From Dehalococcoidia bacterium (GTDB lineage Bacteria > Chloroflexota > Dehalococcoidia > Plut-88900), in the NCBI GenBank assembly GCA_965249275.1, contig CBDFLQ010000006.1, positions 832,001-896,000 on the forward strand: DNA of 64,000 nucleotides, given 5' to 3'. Below the pieces are notes generated by a model that did no database searches, had not been told where the DNA came from, and saw only the letters and a list, made by a program, of their open reading frames with translations. The position numbers and the translations under genes were made by a program. Below are positions 57,122 through 64,000 of the stretch, in pieces. Numbering within the stretch: position 1 is the first letter of the stretch; every line of letters starts with the position of its first letter.

Positions 57122-58587
57122 GCCGCTGCAATCCTAGCCAGGATAGGGGCGATGCCCACGTCGATCATGCGGGTGAAGGGCTGCGGGTATACCCCGCCGA
57201 AAATCAGCACAGCCACAAGGGCAAGCATTGAAGCTTTCTCCAGATTCGAGGCGTCGGGGAGCTTCTCCCATCGCTCGTCCAGCGGCCCGAAGAAGACCTT
57301 GGCCAGCAGCCTCAGTATGTAAACCGCAGTAATCGCCGCTCCGATGATGCCGAGCACCGCCAAGGCAGGATACGTATTGAACAACCCCACGAAGACCAGG
57401 AACTCGGCGATGAACCCGCTCAGTCCGGGCAGTCCCAGCGACGTCAGTCCCGCCACTGCGAAGAATGCCGCAGTCACCCCCATACGCTTGGAGAGTCCCT
57501 GGAACACCGAGATGTCCCGGGTGTGGGTCCGGTCGTATACCACACCGACCAGTGCGAAGAAGAGGGCCGTCATTATCCCGTGGGAGAACATCTGGTAGAC
57601 CGCTCCGGTCAAGCCCTTCGGGTCCAGGGTGGCGATGCCCATCAGCACGTAGCCCATGTGGCTCACGCTGGAATAGCCGATGATGAACTTCATGTCCTTC
57701 TGCGCCAGCGCCGACATCGCGCCATACACCACATTTACCGTCGCCAGCCCGACCAATACCAGCTGCCAGTCCTCGGCGCCCTGGGGCAGCAAGTCCAGCC
57801 CGACGCGGATTATTCCGAACGCACCCAGCTTCATCAGGACACCGGCGTGAAGCATGCTCACGGACGTCGGAGCTGCAGCGTGGCCGTCCGGGGACCACGT
57901 ATGGAAGGGCCACAGGCCGGCCAACACCCCAAACCCGAACATCAAGAGTGGGAACACCACTCTCTGGAAGGTTGCATCGAAGCCAGCCTGCTCCAGTTCC
58001 AGAAGGTTGAAGGTCCCAATACCAGCATGAACATAGATCGCTATTAGCCCGACCCACACCAGCACGCTGCTCGCTACCAGGTAAAGGACCAGCTTCAGCG
58101 CCCCGTACTCCTTACGCGTGCTTCCCCATACCCCGATAAGCAGGTACATCGGCACGACGGCCAGCTCGTAGAAGAAGAACAGGAAGAAAAGGTCAAGAGA
58201 CAGGAAGACTCCGTACACCCCGCAGACCAGGGCCATGAACAGCGCAAAGAAGTCCTTGGCCCGAGGCGCTGTGTTCCACGCCATGAACACCGCCGTCACC
58301 ATCACTATGCCCGTAAGCAGCACCATCGGCGTGGCGATACCGTCGACGGCCAGGTGGAAGGTCACCCCGAGCCCCGGAAGCCAGTGGTACTTCTCCGTCA
58401 TGAACTGGTAGCCACCCACGTCGTTGTCGTAGGCGACGAAAACGTAGATGGATAGGGCTAGGGTCACGGCAGCTATCGCCGCCATAGACCACTTCATCAG
58501 CTCGCGCTTGTTCTCGGGCAGGAGGACCGCGATCACTCCACCCGCAGCGGGGAGGAAGAGGAGGGCTATGAGTACGTTGCCGTCCAG
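57118..58587 (-). CDS. nuoM: NADH-quinone oxidoreductase subunit M (probable CTG start)
   Basis: FFYE, PFHTWSPDGHAAAP, AGVLMKLG, YSSVSHMG, GLPGLSGF; GGAG upstream of CTG 58587. Confidence 0.93.
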   Translation of the reverse strand: MDGNVLIALLFLPAAGGVIAVLLPENKRELMKWSMAAIAAVTLALSIYVFVAYDNDVGGYQFMTEKYHWLPGLGVTFHLAVDGIATPMVLLTGIVMVTAVFMAWNTAPRAKDFFALFMALVCGVYGVFLSLDLFFLFFFYELAVVPMYLLIGVWGSTRKEYGALKLVLYLVASSVLVWVGLIAIYVHAGIGTFNLLELEQAGFDATFQRVVFPLLMFGFGVLAGLWPFHTWSPDGHAAAPTSVSMLHAGVLMKLGAFGIIRVGLDLLPQGAEDWQLVLVGLATVNVVYGAMSALAQKDMKFIIGYSSVSHMGYVLMGIATLDPKGLTGAVYQMFSHGIMTALFFALVGVVYDRTHTRDISVFQGLSKRMGVTAAFFAVAGLTSLGLPGLSGFIAEFLVFVGLFNTYPALAVLGIIGAAITAVYILRLLAKVFFGPLDERWEKLPDASNLEKASMLALVAVLIFGGVYPQPFTRMIDVGIAPILARIAAA

Positions 58588-58597
58588 GTCTGTCTCC

Positions 58598-60499
58598 TCA
58601 GGCCGCCAGAGTGATGGCTACCACGAATATCAGTGTGCCCACCGTGATCCCGAGAACGTAGTTCGAGACCTGTCCCGTCTGGTGCCGACGCAGTATCCGG
58701 CTCATCTTCGCCGTGAACAGTCCTGTCCCATCGACCCCCGCGTCGTTCACCACGTGCCGGTCGAACCATGCCGTTGCACCGCCTATTCCGAGCACTACCC
58801 TATCGATTGTCCACTGGTAAGCGTCGTCCAGGTAGTATTTATTTGCCGCTAACTTGCGCACAGGCGCCAGCCCGCGTTCCACGCCCCCCGGCAAAGACAT
58901 CCCCTGCCGGTAGAGCGCCAACCCCAAGACTATGCCCACCAGGGCAACCACCGAAGAGACCGCTGCCAAAACCACGTGCTCATGGAAGCTGTCGGCCTTG
59001 TCCAGCACAAAGCTCCCGAATCCCGTGGCCTCTCCGGGCAGGCCGAGCACATTGTCCAGCCAGTCGGGAGCGGTGAACCCGAAAACCAAGGTCAGGATGC
59101 CAAGCAAGGCTATTGGGCCGGTCATCACGAACGGGGCTTCGTGCGCGGCCTCGTTCTCGGGTTTTAGCTTGCCGAAGAAGACCAGCCAGCAGAGCCGGGT
59201 CATGTACAGGGCGCTGAGGAAGAACGCTCCAATGGTAATGACAAGGGTAGCGGGGTTTCCGTCCTTCCAGATGCCCTGCAGGATCTCGTCTTTGCTCCAG
59301 AAGCCGCTGAGGGGCGGAATGCCGGACAGGGCCAGGGCGGCGATGACAAATACGACGCTCGTCACCGGCATCCGAGACCTCAGCCCTCCCAACCGACGGA
59401 TGTCCACGTCCGAATGCTCACCGACCGCATGGAGGACGTTTCCAGCGCCCAGGAACAGGAGCGCCTTGAACAGCGCGTGGGTTGCCAGGTGGAACATCGC
59501 CGCGGCCAGGGCGCCATGCCCCAGAGCAAGCATCATGAATCCGATCTGGCTAACCGTCGAGTATGCCAAGACCCGCTTCAGATCCGTCGACGACAGGGCC
59601 ATTGTGGCCCCCATCACCGCCGTTATCAGCCCGATGGCGATGACCAGCTCGCTCACTGCGGGGGCGGCATCGAACAGGGGCAGCATTCTGGCTACCAGAT
59701 AGACCCCTGCCACGACCATCGTAGCGGCGTGAATCAGGGCGCTCACGGGCGTCGGGCCTTCCATGGCGTCGGGGAGCCAGACGTGGAGCGGGAACTGCGC
59801 CGACTTCCCCATAGCGCCGAGGAAGATCAGGATTGCGCTCAGAGTCATGACGCCGCTGCTCAGCTCCCCTGCCTCGACCGCCTCCAGAATGGTCGGGATA
59901 TGGAAAGTGCCCAACTTGTTGTACAGGAGCAGTATCCCCACCAGCAGCCCCACGTCCCCGATGCGCGTCGTGATGAACGCCTTCTTGGCCGCCTCCGCCG
60001 CCGACCTCCGCTCGTACCAGAAACCTATCAGCAGGTATGAGCATATGCCGACCAGCTCCCACCCCACGTACAGCACCAGAAGGTTGTTCGAAAGCACAAT
60101 GCCTAGCATCGATGCCACAAAGAGAGAGTGGACGGCGAAGTACCACGCGAGTCTCGACTCCCCCCGCATGTAGCCAAGGGAATATATCTGCACCAGCAGG
60201 GAGACGAATGTGATAACTCCCATCATCACCATCGCAACGGGGTCGATCGTCATACCAAGGTCGAACACCCCACCCCCCGCCTCAAACCACGTAGCAGAAA
60301 ACTCGCGCGCCGCTCCATTCAGCAGGTCGTTAAGAAGGAACCAGAACAGTACGAACCCGAAGCCTATGGCCCCGATGGCAATGTACGGGCCCTTCCACGG
60401 GAGATACCGCCCGAAAAGGGCCAACGCAGTGAACGCGCCCACGCAGGCCGCGGGAGCCAGCCATGCCCACTGCAGCCCGATTGCTTCGGTTCCGTTCAT
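58598..60499 (-). CDS. nuoL: NADH-quinone oxidoreductase subunit L
   Basis: GKSAQFPLHVWLPDAMEGPTPVSALIHAATMV, HALFKALLFL, GFWSKD. Confidence 0.97.
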   Translation of the reverse strand: MNGTEAIGLQWAWLAPAACVGAFTALALFGRYLPWKGPYIAIGAIGFGFVLFWFLLNDLLNGAAREFSATWFEAGGGVFDLGMTIDPVAMVMMGVITFVSLLVQIYSLGYMRGESRLAWYFAVHSLFVASMLGIVLSNNLLVLYVGWELVGICSYLLIGFWYERRSAAEAAKKAFITTRIGDVGLLVGILLLYNKLGTFHIPTILEAVEAGELSSGVMTLSAILIFLGAMGKSAQFPLHVWLPDAMEGPTPVSALIHAATMVVAGVYLVARMLPLFDAAPAVSELVIAIGLITAVMGATMALSSTDLKRVLAYSTVSQIGFMMLALGHGALAAAMFHLATHALFKALLFLGAGNVLHAVGEHSDVDIRRLGGLRSRMPVTSVVFVIAALALSGIPPLSGFWSKDEILQGIWKDGNPATLVITIGAFFLSALYMTRLCWLVFFGKLKPENEAAHEAPFVMTGPIALLGILTLVFGFTAPDWLDNVLGLPGEATGFGSFVLDKADSFHEHVVLAAVSSVVALVGIVLGLALYRQGMSLPGGVERGLAPVRKLAANKYYLDDAYQWTIDRVVLGIGGATAWFDRHVVNDAGVDGTGLFTAKMSRILRRHQTGQVSNYVLGITVGTLIFVVAITLAA

Positions 60500-60509
60500 G
60501 AAGCCGGGG

Positions 60510-60830
60510 TTACCATTTCATCCGGCTTAGTTCGTCCACGTTCACCGAGGACCGGTTCCTGTACAACCTGAGCACTATGCCCAAGGCCAGCCCGACCTCC
60601 GCGGCAGCTATGGTTATGACAAAGATTGCGAATATGAAGCCCAGGTGTTTTTCAGTCTCACCCCTCGGTACCAGGTACGTCGAAAAGGCAATAAGGTTAA
60701 TGTTCACGGCCTGGAGCATAAGCTCGATGGACATGAGGATCAGTACGGCGTTCCTGCGTACCAGGACCCCGTAAGCGCCCACGGCAAAGAGAGCGGCGGC
60801 CAGAATGAGATAGTATTCGATCTCTATCAA
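60510..60830 (-). CDS. nuoK: NADH-quinone oxidoreductase subunit K
   Basis: RRN, LMSIELML, AAAEVGLALGI. Confidence 0.96.
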   Translation of the reverse strand: MIEIEYYLILAAALFAVGAYGVLVRRNAVLILMSIELMLQAVNINLIAFSTYLVPRGETEKHLGFIFAIFVITIAAAEVGLALGIVLRLYRNRSSVNVDELSRMKW

Positions 60831-60841
60831 AGGCTAGGCTC

Positions 60842-61339
60842 CTACTCCTCGGGCCCCGGGCGCGAGATAACTATCGCCCCTATCAGGGCCACCAGCAGCA
60901 CTAGCGACGCGATTTCGAACGGTATGGCCCACTGCTGGAACAGCACCTCTGATATTGCAGTGAACCCCGGACGCTGAGGGTCCTCCACGGGGCCCGGCCA
61001 GTCCGACATCAGGAATATCACCGTAAGCGCGGCGAAGACAGCACCCGTAGCCAGAAAGGCCAGCACGCGCTGGTTGTTGTCCAGCTTCAGCGCCGACTCC
61101 CGGGCCCTGGTCAGCATGAGAGCGAACAGCAGCAATATCGTGATTGCACCGCCGTAGATCAGGACCTGGACTATCGCCAGGAACTCGGCGAGCAGAAGGA
61201 CAAACAGTCCCGACACTGCCAGCAGGGACAGAATAAGAAACAGGGCCGCATGGACCACGTTGCGTGCCGCAACCGTGCCCACAGCCCCGATCATGGTCAT
61301 CGCGGCCAGGATGAAGAAGAAGACCAGTACAGTGGTCAC
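60842..61339 (-). CDS. nuoJ: NADH-quinone oxidoreductase subunit J
   Basis: NVVHAAL, AEFLAIVQVLIYGGAI, PFEIAS; GTG overlaps the nuoI stop. Confidence 0.95.
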   Translation of the reverse strand: MTTVLVFFFILAAMTMIGAVGTVAARNVVHAALFLILSLLAVSGLFVLLLAEFLAIVQVLIYGGAITILLLFALMLTRARESALKLDNNQRVLAFLATGAVFAALTVIFLMSDWPGPVEDPQRPGFTAISEVLFQQWAIPFEIASLVLLVALIGAIVISRPGPEE

Positions 61340-61830
61340 TACTCTTCTTCGACCTTCCCTTCCGGCACGGCCTCCGGGTACGCCGGGCCATGCTTTTTTT
61401 CGTAGTCCGACCCCAGGGCGTGGAGGGCGTCCAGGTCGGCCCAAAGACCCCTGCGGCCATACTGTCCTATCTCGTGCTCCTGGGTCATAACTATCGCATC
61501 GAAGTTGCACACCTCCACGCAGATGCCGCAGACAATGCACCGGGACAGGTCCAGCTTGAAGTCCTCGACCATCTTCTTACGCTTGCTCGTGCCCGCTTCG
61601 TAGTTCTCGTTCGGCTTCATGGTCACGTACATGCAATCGGTCGGGCAGTATCGGGCGCAGACCTGGCACCCGACACACTTGGACTCCCCAATCACGTCGT
61701 CCCACAGCAGCCCCGGAAAGCCCATGAACCTGTCTGAAACCGGCAGGTGCTCCTTCGGGTACTGCACCGTCACCGGCGACCTGAGCATCGTCTTGATTGT
61801 CGTGGCGAGACCCTTGATTACACCTATCAT
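61339..61830 (-). CDS. nuoI: NADH-quinone oxidoreductase subunit I
   Basis: TVQYP, two CxxCxxCxxxC motifs. Confidence 0.95.
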   Translation of the reverse strand: MIGVIKGLATTIKTMLRSPVTVQYPKEHLPVSDRFMGFPGLLWDDVIGESKCVGCQVCARYCPTDCMYVTMKPNENYEAGTSKRKKMVEDFKLDLSRCIVCGICVEVCNFDAIVMTQEHEIGQYGRRGLWADLDALHALGSDYEKKHGPAYPEAVPEGKVEEE

Positions 61831-62918
61831 GTCGCCAGCTTCTCCTTACGGACTCTCAAAGCCTCTTCGAACTTCGCCGTCCGTGATTTCTGCCGAATTC
61901 TGATCACCACCCCGCTAACTGCCAACAGCGCCATCGACATCAGGAACATCGACCACGAGGGCCACCCGTAGAATGCGTATATGCCCGTCACCAGGATGTT
62001 GGCGAAGGTCAGGGGAATCAGGAACTGCCAGCATATGGTCATAAGCTGGTCTATGCGGAAGCGGGGCAACGTCGCCCGCAGCCAGAATATCGCCATGATT
62101 ATCGCAGTAGTCTTGATTGCGAACCAGATCACACCCGGGAGGAAAGGCCCGCTCCAGCCTCCCAGGAACAGCACCGTGGCCAGCGCCCCGATGGCGAAGG
62201 TGTTGGCATACTCGGCGAGGAAGAATATGGACCAGTGCATGCCGCTGTACTCGACGTACGGCCCACCGACTATCTCCGACTCCGCAGTCGCTATGTCGAA
62301 GGGCGTGCGTCCTAACTCAGCCAGTCCCGCCACCAGAAAGACGACCAGGCCCAGGGGCTGCAGATAGACGTAGGGATAGCTTCCCTGGCCCAGGACTATC
62401 TCCCGCATGTCCAGGGTCCCGGCCAGCATTACTACCGCAAGTATCACCAGGATTATCGGCAGCTCATAGCTGATGAGCTGCGCCGCGGCTCTGGCCCCGC
62501 CAATTAGGGCGTATTTGTTGTTGGACCCCCAGCTCGCCATGATGATCCCGACAATCGACACCACGGTCACCGCGATGATGTAGAGGATCCCGTACTCCAG
62601 GTTCCTGACGACGAGGTCCTCGGTGAAGGGTATGGTGACCCACAATATGAACGCTGGTACAAAGACGATAATCGGCGCAATCCAGAAGGCTGACCTGTCC
62701 CGAACGGAGGGTGTTATATCCTCCTTGAGGAGCAGCTTCAGGGCGTCGGCGATAGGCTGGAAGATGCCGTGAAAGCCGGTCCGCATCGGGCCCATCCTCA
62801 TCTGGAAACGACCCAGGACCTTGCGCTCGAGGTACGTGAGCAGCAACACCACCACCGTGATCAGCCCGATGATGGCTAGCACCTTCAGAACAGTGAAGAG
62901 GACGTCCAGCCAGCTCAA
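61827..62918 (-). CDS. nuoH: NADH-quinone oxidoreductase subunit H
   Basis: ERK, QPIADALKLLLKE, AQLISYE, RTPFD..AESE..G..VEYSG, PRFRIDQ. Confidence 0.97.
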   Translation of the reverse strand: MSWLDVLFTVLKVLAIIGLITVVVLLLTYLERKVLGRFQMRMGPMRTGFHGIFQPIADALKLLLKEDITPSVRDRSAFWIAPIIVFVPAFILWVTIPFTEDLVVRNLEYGILYIIAVTVVSIVGIIMASWGSNNKYALIGGARAAAQLISYELPIILVILAVVMLAGTLDMREIVLGQGSYPYVYLQPLGLVVFLVAGLAELGRTPFDIATAESEIVGGPYVEYSGMHWSIFFLAEYANTFAIGALATVLFLGGWSGPFLPGVIWFAIKTTAIIMAIFWLRATLPRFRIDQLMTICWQFLIPLTFANILVTGIYAFYGWPSWSMFLMSMALLAVSGVVIRIRQKSRTAKFEEALRVRKEKLAT

Positions 62919-64000
62919 CGGTCGACGTCTCCCAGCACTATGTCTATCGAGCCCAGTATCACTACCGAGTCCGCCAAGTAGGACCCTATGAGCATGTGTC
63001 TCAGCGCCACCAGGTTGCAGAAGGACGGCGTCCTCATCTTTATCCTGTGGGGCTTGTCCTTGCCCTCGCTCACCAGGTAGACGCCCATCTCACCCCGGGG
63101 GTTTTCCGTCCGCACGTACACGTCGCCCTTGGGAGGGCGGAGGGTGCGGGGGGTCTTGGCCATAATCGGGCCAGGCGGCATCTGAGCCATGGCCTGCTTC
63201 ACTATTTTGATCGACTCCCACATCTCCTCCATCCGCACCATGTAACGATCGAAGCAGTCTCCGCTGGCGCCAACAGGTACGTTGAAGTCGAATCTCGGGT
63301 ACAGGAGGTAGGGGTCGTCTTTCCGCAAGTCGTAGGCCAGCCCCGAGGCCCGCAAGTTGGGGCCTGTCACCCCGAAGTCGATAGCCGTCTCCGCGTCGAT
63401 GACGCCCACGCCAATGGTGCGCTCCAGAAAAAGCTCGTTCTTGGACAGCAGGTCTTCGCACTCGGTGATGCCCTTTTCGAGCATCGGGAGGAGGGCGTCG
63501 AGCCTCTGGTTAAAGTCGTCCGGCAGGTCCCGAAATACACCTCCCACGCGGAAGTAGCCGTGCATCATCCGGGCACCGCTCACCGACTCGAAGAGGGCCT
63601 GCATCTGCTCCCTCTCCCGGAACCCGTACAGGAACGGGGTGATTGCTCCGCAATCTGCGCCGAAGGCGCCGTAGAAGAGCAGGTGGCTCGCTATCCGGTT
63701 CAGCTCGCACATTATCAGGCGGATGTACTGGGCCCGCTCCGGGACCTCGAGCCCCATCAGCTTCTCAACCGCCATCACGTAGGGAAGCTCGTTGTTGAAG
63801 GAAGATACGTAGTCGAGCCTGTCGAAGAGGTCGATGATCTGGCGGTAGTCCTCCGCCTCGCACAGCTTCTCCGACCCCCGGTGCAGATATCCGATGTGCG
63901 GCACGACGTCGACTATGTTCTCGCCGTCCACGGTCAGCACCATGCGGAACACACCATGAGTGCTGGGGTGCTGAGGCCCCATGTTCAACATCATGTCGAC
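62915..64000 (-). CDS. nuoD: NADH-quinone oxidoreductase subunit D (5' end may lie outside the window)
   Basis: NMGPQHPSTHGVFR, GYLHRG, DRLDY, ELNRIASH, ENPRGE, GDVDR. Confidence 0.96.
   Translation of the reverse strand, partial: VDMMLNMGPQHPSTHGVFRMVLTVDGENIVDVVPHIGYLHRGSEKLCEAEDYRQIIDLFDRLDYVSSFNNELPYVMAVEKLMGLEVPERAQYIRLIMCELNRIASHLLFYGAFGADCGAITPFLYGFREREQMQALFESVSGARMMHGYFRVGGVFRDLPDDFNQRLDALLPMLEKGITECEDLLSKNELFLERTIGVGVIDAETAIDFGVTGPNLRASGLAYDLRKDDPYLLYPRFDFNVPVGASGDCFDRYMVRMEEMWESIKIVKQAMAQMPPGPIMAKTPRTLRPPKGDVYVRTENPRGEMGVYLVSEGKDKPHRIKMRTPSFCNLVALRHMLIGSYLADSVVILGSIDIVLGDVDR

Overview
GC-rich bacterial chromosome segment. Gene content and style (nuo operon without nuoEFG, Pro/Thr-linker lipoprotein, many catabolic paralogs, a TolB-propeller/plant-type LRR protein) suggest Chloroflexota, probably Dehalococcoidia/SAR202-like and possibly host-associated; this is inference. 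Contents in order: PHP phosphoesterase-fabZ; TolB/LRR protein; tRNA-Gly; an IS481-family element inserted in the loop of a REP-like hairpin; speE-speD; an orphan ORF behind a putative LexA box; tRNA-Phe and tRNA-Leu followed by a decayed tRNA-Leu copy and a lower-GC islet (BrnA-like fragment, membrane-anchored Mrr-like nuclease with a frameshifted C4 zinc ribbon, two orphans); a dimethylformamidase large-subunit homolog; a complete N-methylglutamate (methylamine) pathway operon mgsABC-gmaS-mgdBCD-[DoeA/creatinase-like M24 hydrolase]-mgdA; a PotD-like binding protein gene split by an IS1182-family element; amidase, Rieske oxygenase, amidohydrolase, GGT, folD, acyl-CoA dehydrogenase, TcuA-like flavoprotein, ABC exporter; tandem Baeyer-Villiger monooxygenases; tandem hicAB modules; mmsA; and nuoD-H-I-J-K-L-M-N. 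No CRISPR array or rRNA was seen. All calls come from motif recognition by eye; no database search was run.
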